56,796 nucleotides of DNA from an uncultured Candidatus Saccharibacteria bacterium (lineage in GTDB: Bacteria > Patescibacteriota > Saccharimonadia > CAILAD01 > GCA-016700035): positions 1-56,796 of the forward strand of contig CAYMMM010000003.1 of the NCBI GenBank assembly GCA_964391595.1, read 5' to 3'. The translations under genes and the position numbers were made by a program. Position 1 is the stretch's first letter; each line of letters opens with the position of its first letter. The notes below the pieces were generated by a model. That model was not told the origin of the DNA. It did not search any database and saw nothing but the letters and a program-made list of their open reading frames with translations. Below are positions 9,285 through 18,036 of this stretch, in pieces.

Positions 9285-9313
9285 AGCTTATGCTCAGGAG
9301 GAGCGTGTGTCAA
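9285..9313 (-). promoter_or_regulatory. Promoter of paralogue 2 (TTGACA-N17-TAAGCT)
   Basis: Minus strand: TTGACA at 9313..9308, 17-nt spacer, TAAGCT at 9290..9285. Confidence 0.5.
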
Positions 9314-9340
9314 ATTCGGACCTGAATTTGTCAGTATAAT

Positions 9341-9368
9341 TTGACAAATGTAAAAAATAGCGTATCAT
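9341..9368 (+). promoter_or_regulatory. Sigma70-like promoter of a short orphan transcription unit
   Basis: TTGACA (9341..9346), 16-nt spacer, TATCAT (9363..9368). Confidence 0.4.
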
Positions 9369-9377
9369 AACCTTATT

Positions 9378-9476
9378 ATGAATACATTGTCTTCACATTC
9401 GACACAGCAATATCTCGACGTTCCAGCCATGAACGCCGGCGACTTTGCCGTACACATACTGGAGGCAACTGCTTAA
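9378..9476 (+). CDS. Possible 32-aa small protein or leader peptide (MNTLSSHSTQQYLDVPAMNAGDFAVHILEATA)
   Basis: An ATG lies about 10 nt after the -10 box, and an intrinsic terminator lies about 30 nt after the stop. There is no clear SD, so the unit could instead be an sRNA. Confidence 0.25.
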   Translation: MNTLSSHSTQQYLDVPAMNAGDFAVHILEATA

Positions 9477-9504
9477 TTCTCATCACATAGCTTGATTGTG
9501 AGCC

Positions 9505-9535
9505 AAGGGCCTCCGAGATGGAGGCCTTTTGTTTC
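9505..9535 (+). terminator. Intrinsic terminator
   Basis: GGCCTCC-GAGAT-GGAGGCC stem-loop followed by TTTTGTTT. Confidence 0.7.
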
Positions 9536-9623
9536 AGATAAAAACGCTTAAACATATCTCGGAGTTCATTGGCTCCAGATCAATCCCGGTCTGGAGAGCA
9601 ACTACGTACCAGGAGAAGAGAAT

Positions 9624-10277
9624 ATGTTTGGATTGCCGATGCGCGTACCAACACGAAGTGGTATTGAGGTAACGATGAAGCCGGTTTCGATCGAAGAAGC
9701 GGCGATTTTTGCCGAAGGCTTCTCGCGCTGGCCGATCATGCGTACCCTTTCGATGCGCGCCGCGCTCAGCGTCGAGGCAGAGCAAGAGTGGATTCGCGAC
9801 AACAACAGTAATGCCGAGAAGTGTGGCTGGGGTATCTATGTCGATGGCATTTTGATCGGAAATACTGGTCTGGAGGGGATTCGGGATCGCCGTGCGTCCT
9901 CGGGCTGCTGCATCTTCCGAGAGGAAGTCTGGGGTAAGGGCATCATCACTGCGGTGCATCATGCGCGCATGTGGTATGCGACTCAGGTGCTCGGTCTGGA
10001 AGCTGTCGATTCGTTTGTTTTCTACAGCAACGAGGCCTCGATGAAAGCTCTTTTGCGCGTCGGCTACACGGCCTACGGCGTTGAGTTTGACAAGCTTATT
10101 GTCGACGGCAGGCGTACTCATGCGCACCGTCTACTGTGGGTGAATCCAAATGCCCGCCAGTGGAATGCGTTCTGGGATGGACCAATCCCGGAGCAGTATG
10201 CCAAGCGTTTCTCCGAGGGTCGTCAGCGCGCGCGGATCGCACAGCGTTGGGCGGCTAAGAACGTCACGTTCTTGTGA
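9624..10277 (+). CDS. GNAT family N-acetyltransferase (RimJ/RimL-like)
   Basis: GNAT core pattern (GIYVDGILIGNTGL, REEVWGKGIITAV, NEASMKALLRVGY). An AGGAG SD lies upstream. Confidence 0.8.
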   Translation: MFGLPMRVPTRSGIEVTMKPVSIEEAAIFAEGFSRWPIMRTLSMRAALSVEAEQEWIRDNNSNAEKCGWGIYVDGILIGNTGLEGIRDRRASSGCCIFREEVWGKGIITAVHHARMWYATQVLGLEAVDSFVFYSNEASMKALLRVGYTAYGVEFDKLIVDGRRTHAHRLLWVNPNARQWNAFWDGPIPEQYAKRFSEGRQRARIAQRWAAKNVTFL

Positions 10278-10284
10278 CGGTTAT

Positions 10285-10316
10285 CCCTTCCCTTGAGTTT
10301 CGACTTGAGGGAAGGG
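10285..10316. terminator. Bidirectional hairpin between convergent genes
   Basis: CCCTTCCC...GGGAAGGG stem with an extended inner stem, followed by TATTTTTG. Confidence 0.6.
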
Positions 10317-10341
10317 TATTTTTGTAGCTATTGTGACCAGG

Positions 10342-11001
10342 CTACTTGGCTACGATTGGGGCGATAATGGTCTTGTCTTGCCAGTATTCGCAGTCAGCTG
10401 GAGGATCAACCTCGACAGTTTCGTAGGTAATGTCGTGAAATCCTGCCGCCTTTAAACGCAAGAGATGTTTCTGGCTGAACCCGGTAGCCTCATCTGAGTA
10501 ATAGGTTAGTACTCCACCCTTTTTGAGTAGACGAAATGCTTCCTCGAAAAACCAAAAATGATTGCCGTGTATCTCTTCTTCACTTAGCGGGTACGTATCA
10601 AAGAGAATGCCATCAAAACTGCCATCTTTAAGTAGTGGGGTAATGTCCTCCCAGAAGCCGGAAAGTATGTGCATCTTTCTGTTTGCAATCTGCTCTCGAT
10701 ACATATCCATACCGTTCTTAATGACATCAGGGTGACACTCAATAATTATATGTTCTTTGAGGTTTTTTGCTTCCTGGATATAGCCTGCAGATATACCCAT
10801 GCCAAAGCCAAGTTCCAATACTCTGCCGCCACGCATCGTAGCGATGTGGGCCAGCTTACGCATATACCCGTCCTCCCAGTCTTCCATTACGGGATGTCCA
10901 GAAATCTTAAGGGTATGTTCATCAAAAACAGCTGGGGTCCTATTCCAGTCTGCACGGTCTTCAGGAAATCCTATGTCTTTTCGGCTCTCGATTGTATTCA
11001 T
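10342..11001 (-). CDS. Guanidinoacetate N-methyltransferase (GAMT/RMT2-family) homologue
   Basis: Long collinear matches to human GAMT as I remember it: G.PVME.WE..YM, GGRVLE.GFGM, IIEC, WED..P.L.DG.FDGIL.DTYPLSEE, FRLLK.GGVLTY, PPADC.Y. Confidence 0.85.
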   Translation of the reverse strand: MNTIESRKDIGFPEDRADWNRTPAVFDEHTLKISGHPVMEDWEDGYMRKLAHIATMRGGRVLELGFGMGISAGYIQEAKNLKEHIIIECHPDVIKNGMDMYREQIANRKMHILSGFWEDITPLLKDGSFDGILFDTYPLSEEEIHGNHFWFFEEAFRLLKKGGVLTYYSDEATGFSQKHLLRLKAAGFHDITYETVEVDPPADCEYWQDKTIIAPIVAK

Positions 11002-11108
11002 AGCTATATTATAACACTCAATCTATATTTAGTCAATCATATATTGTTGCTTTTCACACTATACTATATTTCTTCCTTTTATACCTATATCATGGTTGTG
11101 AGGATATT

Positions 11109-12188
11109 ATGAAAAAGACGCCGTTTTTCACATTTGAGTCAGATAAGATAGCACAAAACTTTCGAAATTTTACCTCTGCATTACCTGAAGTACAGATTCG
11201 ATATGCGCTGAAATCAAGCCCTCTGAGCGATATTGCAAGCACCTTAGATGATCTTGGATGTGGCTTTGAGGTAGCTTCTAAGTCTGAGCTCGCGCAACTT
11301 TTAAGTCTAGATGTTGATGTAGCAAAGATTATTTTTAGCAATCCAGTAAAGAAAATCGAAGATATAAAATATGCACACAAGAAGGGTATTAAAATATTCG
11401 CCTGCGACTCTTTCGAAGAAGTACATAAACTTGCAGACAACGCTCCAGGGTGCTCAGTTCTAATACGCATAAAGGTATACGAAAGAGGAAGTGTTTTTTC
11501 ACTTAAGGATAAATTTGGGGTGGAGGAGAGGTCGGTACCAGCATTAGTGAAGGCGATACTGGGTGCTGGGCTCGTCTTTGAAGGTATCAGCTTTCATGTC
11601 GGCTCCCAGTCTTTGAAGTTGAATACATGGAAATATGCTTTAGAGAAGGTGCTACGGATCCAAAGTACACTGGCATCGAAGTCCATATTTATACAAACCT
11701 TGAATATTGGAGGTGGCTTCCCTTGGTCTTATAGGGGGCAGAAAGCCCCAACTGTTGCGGATATAGCTGATGTAATCAACCCCTACCTACGTAAAATTAA
11801 GCCAAAAAATGTGTATGCCGAACCTGGTAGATACTTGGTAGCCAGTGCAGCTACGTTAACGGCATCAATAATTCATCGCACAGTCCGCGATGGGAAAACA
11901 TGGTTGTATTTGGATGCAGGCACTTATAATGCACTCTTTGAGGCTATGACCTTTCAAGGGGCTACCAGTTACCACGTTACAGCATTAGGTGTCCATGATA
12001 AGAGGACATCATTATATACTTTGGCGGGACCGACCTGTGACAGTATCGATACGATCACAGAGAATGCACGACTACCTCAGGATTTGCAGGTGGGGGATAG
12101 ATTGGTTTTTAGCGATGTAGGTGCTTATTCTTATGGGCTGTCGAGTGGCTTTAATGGCTTCGCTACACCGAAAATATACTTTGAGTAG
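11109..12188 (+). CDS. PLP-dependent ornithine/arginine decarboxylase-type enzyme (alanine-racemase fold, group IV)
   Basis: PLP-lysine motif YALKSSP, plus FHVGSQ, NIGGGFP, EPGRYLVA and the ODC-type GPTCDSID. A GAGGA SD lies 5 nt upstream. It is short, at 359 aa. Confidence 0.85.
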   Translation: MKKTPFFTFESDKIAQNFRNFTSALPEVQIRYALKSSPLSDIASTLDDLGCGFEVASKSELAQLLSLDVDVAKIIFSNPVKKIEDIKYAHKKGIKIFACDSFEEVHKLADNAPGCSVLIRIKVYERGSVFSLKDKFGVEERSVPALVKAILGAGLVFEGISFHVGSQSLKLNTWKYALEKVLRIQSTLASKSIFIQTLNIGGGFPWSYRGQKAPTVADIADVINPYLRKIKPKNVYAEPGRYLVASAATLTASIIHRTVRDGKTWLYLDAGTYNALFEAMTFQGATSYHVTALGVHDKRTSLYTLAGPTCDSIDTITENARLPQDLQVGDRLVFSDVGAYSYGLSSGFNGFATPKIYFE

Positions 12189-12262
12189 TAAATTAGTTGA
12201 AAAAAATATAATATTATGCTATAATATGTGCATCGTGATAGCACCTACTGTCAGGAGGCAAA

Positions 12263-12637
12263 ATGGTTCACGACATCTATAACGGCCTCCTTGAAAAGGC
12301 ACATCACTACTCCGTTAGTCCTTTCGTGTTCATTTTTCTCTATTTGCTGACTTGGCCCATGGTCTGGCACTCGTGGTTTATCTTGCTGAGTGCTCATAAG
12401 TCTGGCGATAAGAAGAAGTTCACGCTCGGCATTTGGTATAACAGGGTTGCTACCCTGACGCCATACCTCTATGTGTTGGCTTTTGGGCGAAATTTCCCGG
12501 TATGGTTTGTTACAAGTGGTTTCTTCTTGATGGTCGCACTAACGATCATCTTCAAGCTACGTCTAGGAAGCGGACTACTTGTCGCGATTGCCAAGAAGGC
12601 TCAGAAGTTACGGAAGAAACTCCCGATTAAAAACTAG
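12263..12637 (+). CDS. Small polytopic membrane protein, unknown function
   Basis: 3-4 hydrophobic helices and a basic C-tail. An AGGAGG SD lies upstream. Confidence 0.55.
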   Translation: MVHDIYNGLLEKAHHYSVSPFVFIFLYLLTWPMVWHSWFILLSAHKSGDKKKFTLGIWYNRVATLTPYLYVLAFGRNFPVWFVTSGFFLMVALTIIFKLRLGSGLLVAIAKKAQKLRKKLPIKN

Positions 12638-12680
12638 ATTGCGCCTCGGCGCACTGAACAAAACGAAACGGAAGGTTGCT

Positions 12681-13271
12681 ATGACCGAAGTCGTAATTCG
12701 ATTCGTCGAGGGTGCCGAAAGAGAGGTTGCCCTCAAGCTCGAAGAGAGGATTTTCCGCGAGGAAAACTACCCCTACGATTACCGGCGATTTGATGAGCAG
12801 AGCCGTGTGTTCGCGGCGTTCATCGATGGGGCGTGTGTCGGAGTGCTGCGAGTTATCGCTCAGTCGCCGCTGTTGCCGCCGGTTCTCGAGGACTGTGATG
12901 TCTGGGACATCGGAGAGTGGCAAGCGATGGGCGAGAAGTTCGCCGAGCTTGGCACACAAGCCGTGCTCGAGGAGTATCGACACTCGGGTGTCGGTCTCTC
13001 TTTGATCAGGGCTGCCTATGTCGACGCTCGCTTGCGTGGTCTTGTGGCGTTGGCAGTGATCACTGAGCCGGAAAATGTGGACTTCCTGAACAACACTGCA
13101 AACTTCGCCTGTCGGCAGATTGGTGGAGTCGGCTTCAAGGGTTGGGAGTGTGCTCCCTACATCCACGTCTTCAGTGAGGTGGAAGTCAAGCTCGCGGCGG
13201 CTGATCCAGGCAGCTATGCATGGTTCACCGAGGGGATTCCCGATGACCTGCTTGCGGTCCCGAGATCGTGA
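12681..13271 (+). CDS. GNAT-fold acyltransferase, unknown acceptor
   Basis: The ATG at 12681 follows GGAAGG. The pattern is acetyltransferase-like (AAFIDGACVGVLRV, EEYRHSGVGLSLIRAAY). The upstream ORF extension overlaps the previous gene and is rejected. Confidence 0.65.
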   Translation: MTEVVIRFVEGAEREVALKLEERIFREENYPYDYRRFDEQSRVFAAFIDGACVGVLRVIAQSPLLPPVLEDCDVWDIGEWQAMGEKFAELGTQAVLEEYRHSGVGLSLIRAAYVDARLRGLVALAVITEPENVDFLNNTANFACRQIGGVGFKGWECAPYIHVFSEVEVKLAAADPGSYAWFTEGIPDDLLAVPRS

Positions 13272-13294
13272 CCCTGTAGATGTGTCGCTTCATT

Positions 13295-13334
13295 TTGGGT
13301 GTGGGCAGAAATGCCCACACCCAATTTCATTTTG
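13295..13334 (+). terminator. Intrinsic terminator
   Basis: TTGGGTGTGGGCA-GAAA-TGCCCACACCCAA followed by TTTCATTTTG. Confidence 0.75.
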
Positions 13335-13360
13335 TGCAGGTGCATTGTGTATGATAGTTA

Positions 13361-15775
13361 TTGAGACTTATGCTTAGAATTCAGTTCTATTATTATCTGC
13401 CGACGATCATCCTTATCGTGCTGCTGGCACTGGTAGTGATTTTTAATAATCCAAGAAAATTAACCAATCGAGTGTATCTGTCTTTTTCATCTGGCGTCTT
13501 GGTTTGGCTCGTCTCACAGCTGATAGCTGACACTACACCCAGTGAGACCCTTGCGCTTTATTGTATTCGCCTTGCGATAGCGAGTTCTGTCTTTATAGGG
13601 CTAGCCTTCGTATTATTGATAGATGCCTTTGTGACAGGCGAGGAGCCATCTATACGTAGGTGGTGGATTTTGGCGATAGGTCTCGGTAGCCTGGCTCCAT
13701 TTGCCTTCTTGCCTTCAACTGTGACTGCTGTGAGGCGGTATCCTTGGGGGGTAGAGGCGGTTTATGGATCATTATACTTATTGTTCCTGGCCTTTTCGCT
13801 TGCGGTTTTTTTCTACACTTTATATTTGGCTTTTTGGAAAAAGGTCGAGAAGACAAGTAAAGCCAAGACTCAAATTCGATATGTCTACGTTGGTATAGCA
13901 GCGACACTGATTACGAATGTAATTGGAAATTTTGTACTTCCATTCTTCGGGTTCTCTCAAGAGATAGGGGTTGCAATTAGTGTACTGTCAGTACTTTTCA
14001 TAATTGGGTCAACATCATACGCTATTGTACGTCATAGGTTATTTAATATCAGGGCCCTCGTTGCTCGTTCTCTGGCATATGCATTTTCAGTCCTATCATT
14101 TGCCTTCGTGTATGGATTCCTTGCCTATGGTGTTGCTCAGAATCTCCTGCTCAAGACTATACTTACAACCGAACGTTCCCAGCAGATCTTCAATATTATT
14201 CTGGCGGTTATGCTGGCCTTCACCTTCCCGACCATCCGTCGCTTCTTTGAGAAGATCACCGACCGCATCTTCTACCGCGATCGCTACGATCCACAGCACC
14301 TGATGTCGAGTATCGGGCGCACTCTGGCGACTGAAATCGCACTTGAGCCACTAACCACTAAGGTGATTCGTGTGTTAGAGGACGAGATGCGTCTGGCTGA
14401 CGCGAATATCGTGGTACTCGGTAAGAAGGGTCAAGATGGCGAGAAGGACACGGAGACCGAGACGGATATTTACTATCAGACGCACGGCGCGAAGAAGCAT
14501 CAGGATTATCGGATTGAGGACCTACGCTCGATTCGCATCCCGGTCATTATTACTGACGAGCTGGCATCATCTGATGAGCGTCAGATACTCGAGCAGCATC
14601 ACATCCGTGCCGCCTTCGCACTCAAGACTCGGGAGTCGCAGGTCGGATATCTGCTCCTCGGGGATAAGCGAAGTGGCGATATCTATAGTGACCAAGATAT
14701 TCAGACGTTGCGCATTATTGCCGACGAGTTGGCGGTCGCGATTCAAAACGCTCGCGCCTATACTGAGATCCAGCGTTTCAACGTAACCTTGCGTGAGAAG
14801 ATTGACCAGGCAACCCATGATCTCAAACATGCGAATAGTGAGCTCAAGGCGCTCGACAAGGCAAAGGACGAGTTCATCTCGATGGCTTCACATCAGTTGC
14901 GCACGCCACTCACTGCAGTCCGTGGTTACACATCGATGGTTATGGATGGGGATTTTGGTGACGTCTCTGCTGAGCAAAAAGATACGCTCAAGCAAGCTTT
15001 TGATGCTGCGACTCGCATGACGCGCTTGGTAGATGACCTACTGAATGTCTCGCGCATTCAGTCTGGCAAATTCCGTATCGAGCGGGCACAGGTCGATCTC
15101 AATAAGGTTCTGCCCGAAGAAATCTCGCTGCTCGATACGACCGCTAAGACTAAAAAAGTATCGATTACCTTCAATCCTCCGAAGACACCAGTGCCTTCGA
15201 TCCTGATCGACGAAGGCAAGACGAGGCAGTGTCTAATGAACTTGATGGACAATGCTATTTACTATTCATCCACCGCTACTGGAGGTGGCAAGGTCCAAGT
15301 ATATCTTGAGAATGATGCAGAAAATGTGATCTTCCGTGTGGTTGACAATGGTATCGGGGTGCCGAAGGCGCAGCAAGCCAAGCTCTTCAATAAGTTTTAT
15401 CGGGCACCAAATGCCCAGAAGACACGCCCAGATGGTACTGGCCTCGGTCTCTTCTTGGTCGGCAAGGTGGTCAGTGGACAGGGTGGTCAGATAATTTTCG
15501 AGAGCGAGGAAGGCAAGGGGTCGACTTTCGGCTTCAAGCTGCCGATCAAGGCTGCTGGTGAGGGCGTCGATGCGAATGGAAAGGTGGTCACTGCTCCTGA
15601 TGAGACGACAGCCGCGCCTGTGTCTGCTCCCGCTACTTCAGATACCAAAGCAGCACCAGTCGTGAATAAGTCAGTAGTAAGTGCCCAGCCAGTACCAATA
15701 ACGCAAACGAAGCCTATCGCAAATACAAAAAGCACAGCCACATCGTCTCAAGAAGTTAAGAAGTCTGGCGCATAG
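13361..15775 (+). CDS. Membrane sensor histidine kinase (multi-TM N-domain, GAF-like, HisKA, HATPase_c, disordered tail)
   Basis: About 8 N-terminal helices. H-box SHQLRTPLT, N-box MDNAIYYS, G-boxes DNGIGV and GTGLGL. The C-terminal ~90 aa are rich in A/P/T/S/K. An alternative ATG is at 13370. Confidence 0.9.
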   Translation: MRLMLRIQFYYYLPTIILIVLLALVVIFNNPRKLTNRVYLSFSSGVLVWLVSQLIADTTPSETLALYCIRLAIASSVFIGLAFVLLIDAFVTGEEPSIRRWWILAIGLGSLAPFAFLPSTVTAVRRYPWGVEAVYGSLYLLFLAFSLAVFFYTLYLAFWKKVEKTSKAKTQIRYVYVGIAATLITNVIGNFVLPFFGFSQEIGVAISVLSVLFIIGSTSYAIVRHRLFNIRALVARSLAYAFSVLSFAFVYGFLAYGVAQNLLLKTILTTERSQQIFNIILAVMLAFTFPTIRRFFEKITDRIFYRDRYDPQHLMSSIGRTLATEIALEPLTTKVIRVLEDEMRLADANIVVLGKKGQDGEKDTETETDIYYQTHGAKKHQDYRIEDLRSIRIPVIITDELASSDERQILEQHHIRAAFALKTRESQVGYLLLGDKRSGDIYSDQDIQTLRIIADELAVAIQNARAYTEIQRFNVTLREKIDQATHDLKHANSELKALDKAKDEFISMASHQLRTPLTAVRGYTSMVMDGDFGDVSAEQKDTLKQAFDAATRMTRLVDDLLNVSRIQSGKFRIERAQVDLNKVLPEEISLLDTTAKTKKVSITFNPPKTPVPSILIDEGKTRQCLMNLMDNAIYYSSTATGGGKVQVYLENDAENVIFRVVDNGIGVPKAQQAKLFNKFYRAPNAQKTRPDGTGLGLFLVGKVVSGQGGQIIFESEEGKGSTFGFKLPIKAAGEGVDANGKVVTAPDETTAAPVSAPATSDTKAAPVVNKSVVSAQPVPITQTKPIANTKSTATSSQEVKKSGA

Positions 15776-15802
15776 GGTAACGATTGGGCGTATAATACGC
15801 TT

Positions 15803-16225
15803 ATGAATGATGCAGGTGCTCAAAATACGCCAGCCACACCGAGTGCTGATCCAGCACCGGAGGTGATTGTAGTCGAAGACGATCCGTTTATTTCTCGCAT
15901 GTACGAAGTGAAGCTGTCCAAGGCAGGCTACCACATCCAGATGGGTGCATCCGGTAAAGATGTGATTACATTGCTGAACACATATCACCCACGGCTGGCC
16001 CTCGTGGATATCAATATGCCCGAGATGACGGGTATCGAGGCTATCAAACAACTCAAAGATGCTGGATATGACTTCACTAAGACACAGGTAGTATTTCTCA
16101 CTAATTCAAACAACCCGAATGACATAGAGGCAGCGAAAGCGCTGGGTGGTGACTACCTCATCAAGGCGGACCAAACTCCTCGAGGTGTCCTCGAGCTCAT
16201 TAAGAAGAAGCTCGGACAAGCGTAA
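15803..16225 (+). CDS. Stand-alone response-regulator receiver domain (CheY-like)
   Basis: EDD acidic pocket, phospho-acceptor context LALVDINMP and conserved K (YLIKAD). There is no output domain. Confidence 0.85.
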   Translation: MNDAGAQNTPATPSADPAPEVIVVEDDPFISRMYEVKLSKAGYHIQMGASGKDVITLLNTYHPRLALVDINMPEMTGIEAIKQLKDAGYDFTKTQVVFLTNSNNPNDIEAAKALGGDYLIKADQTPRGVLELIKKKLGQA

Positions 16226-16273
16226 TCCACTCACTGCTTGCTCCTGGACTCACTTCTTCAGTACACTATAAGC

Positions 16274-16456
16274 ATGAGTATTATGGAGATCGAAATATTT
16301 TTGCTCGTGTTTTTTGTGACTTACCTGACGTCGGCGCTTGCAGTGTATGTAGTTCATCTCGTGAGTGGTAAGGAGCTCCAGAACGTGCGCATGCCGACGA
16401 TTATTTTTTCACTTCTCGTAGCTCTCGCAGTGACGTTGCTCAACGTCGGCAGATAA
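16274..16456 (+). CDS. Possible 60-aa two-helix membrane protein
   Basis: Two hydrophobic segments. The ATG is internal to track ORF 16238..16456. Confidence 0.35.
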   Translation: MSIMEIEIFLLVFFVTYLTSALAVYVVHLVSGKELQNVRMPTIIFSLLVALAVTLLNVGR

Positions 16457-16478
16457 TACAAACAATGGAGTTAGCTGT

Positions 16479-17654
16479 ATGAAAATGAAATCGCTCAAAT
16501 CACTAGATGTCCGTGGGAAGCGCGTCTTATGCCGTGCGGATTTTAACGTACCGCTACACAATGGCAAAGTCGGTGATCTCTTGCGTATCGAATCAGCGTT
16601 GCCGACTATACAATATCTTCTCAAAGAAGGTGCAACGGTTGTGCTTATGAGTCACCTCGGTCGTCTCGACGGAAAGCCGGACTCAAAATACTCGCTTGAG
16701 CCGGTGGCTATCGAGCTGTCGCGTCTCCTCGACCGCAGTGTGGTCTTCATACATGACTGTGTTGGTGTCGATGTGCAGGAGCGAGTCGCCAAGCTAGAGC
16801 CCGGCAGCGTTGCTTTGCTTGAAAACCTTCGCTATCACGCAGAAGAGGAAGCGAATGATCCTGAATTCGCCAAGCAGCTTGCGATCCTGGGTGATGTATA
16901 TGTCGATGACGCCTTTGCAGTCGCTCATCGCGCGCATGCATCTCTCGTGGGAGTTCCGCGGCTTCTTCCTTCTGCAGCTGGCTTCTTACTGGAGCGAGAG
17001 GTCTCAACGCTTGGTGATCTGCTCAAAAAGCCCGAGCATCCTTTTGTCGCTGTCATTGGTGGCGCAAAGATATCTGACAAGATTCCGTTTCTCAATAATC
17101 TCGTGAAGAAAGCAGATACCGTGGTCATCGGTGGAGCGATGGCGAATACCTTCCTGGCTGCGCTTGGCCATGATATGCGTAAGTCGGTGCAAGAAAAGTC
17201 TGCGTACAAGCAGGCGCTTAAGTTCTTGGCCGAGGCTCGTCATCTTGGTGTCGAAGTTATACTGCCAGTTGATGTAGTCGTAGCGGATAAGCCCGACGCG
17301 CACAAGTCACGCACAGTCACGGTCGGACAGCTCGAGGGGGGTGACATGGCGCTAGACCTTGGCCCCGCTACCTCGACACTCATCGCCGAAGTACTACATG
17401 GTGCGAAGACGATCTTCTGGAACGGCACCCTCGGATTTACCGAAGAGAAAGCGTTTTCGGCTGCCAGTCTAGATCTCGCAAATCGTATGGCGAAGTCGGA
17501 TGCACTGACAGTGATTGGCGGGGGAGACACTGCGGGGTATATTGATAGTATTGATATGCACGAGCAGTTTGGCTTTGTCTCTACTGGAGGCGGGGCAGCG
17601 CTCGAGCTCTTGGCTGGCAAGAAGCTTCCTGCAGTAGAAGCGCTCGAGATATAA
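16479..17654 (+). CDS. pgk: Phosphoglycerate kinase
   Basis: The RADFNVP motif, full PGK length and the C-terminal GGGA..E motif. Confidence 0.95.
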   Translation: MKMKSLKSLDVRGKRVLCRADFNVPLHNGKVGDLLRIESALPTIQYLLKEGATVVLMSHLGRLDGKPDSKYSLEPVAIELSRLLDRSVVFIHDCVGVDVQERVAKLEPGSVALLENLRYHAEEEANDPEFAKQLAILGDVYVDDAFAVAHRAHASLVGVPRLLPSAAGFLLEREVSTLGDLLKKPEHPFVAVIGGAKISDKIPFLNNLVKKADTVVIGGAMANTFLAALGHDMRKSVQEKSAYKQALKFLAEARHLGVEVILPVDVVVADKPDAHKSRTVTVGQLEGGDMALDLGPATSTLIAEVLHGAKTIFWNGTLGFTEEKAFSAASLDLANRMAKSDALTVIGGGDTAGYIDSIDMHEQFGFVSTGGGAALELLAGKKLPAVEALEI

Positions 17655-17669
17655 ATAAGGAATCATATT

Positions 17670-17987
17670 ATGGTGAAGAAAGTACAAAAGAATAAACCAT
17701 ATCTACCAAAGATCAATGCCATTCTTGTTGGCTTAATTGCATCGATCATACTGAACCTCTTGCTGATTGCACCGTATATGGCGCTCCTGACTACGAAAAT
17801 GTTTGACACAACTGGATTCTCACTCTTCCTTGAACGTACGTACAACCTCAATGACGAGGTCACTCTAGATGGCAAGAAGTGGACGTGTGTGCGCCCCGAG
17901 TTTCTCCCGCTTGATTGGAGACAAGAGGGCAAGAAGCTCTGCACGACAGATGTACTGCTCGACAAGAACAACCAAGAAATAAAATAA
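17670..17987 (+). CDS. Small membrane-anchored protein, unknown function
   Basis: Basic N-terminus and one or two TM helices. It lies 15 nt after pgk. Confidence 0.5.
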   Translation: MVKKVQKNKPYLPKINAILVGLIASIILNLLLIAPYMALLTTKMFDTTGFSLFLERTYNLNDEVTLDGKKWTCVRPEFLPLDWRQEGKKLCTTDVLLDKNNQEIK

Positions 17988-18036
17988 CACGCTCGACTTT
18001 ACTTTAAATCCCCACTGTGTAGCGGGGACTTTAAGA

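Noticed and set aside
9534-10127. 197-aa minus-strand ORF opposite the GNAT gene, with similar antisense ORFs throughout the track (for example 12627..13166, 17240..17620, 53400..53951).
   Set aside because: They lie entirely antisense to genes with clear family motifs. They have no SD and no recognisable domains.
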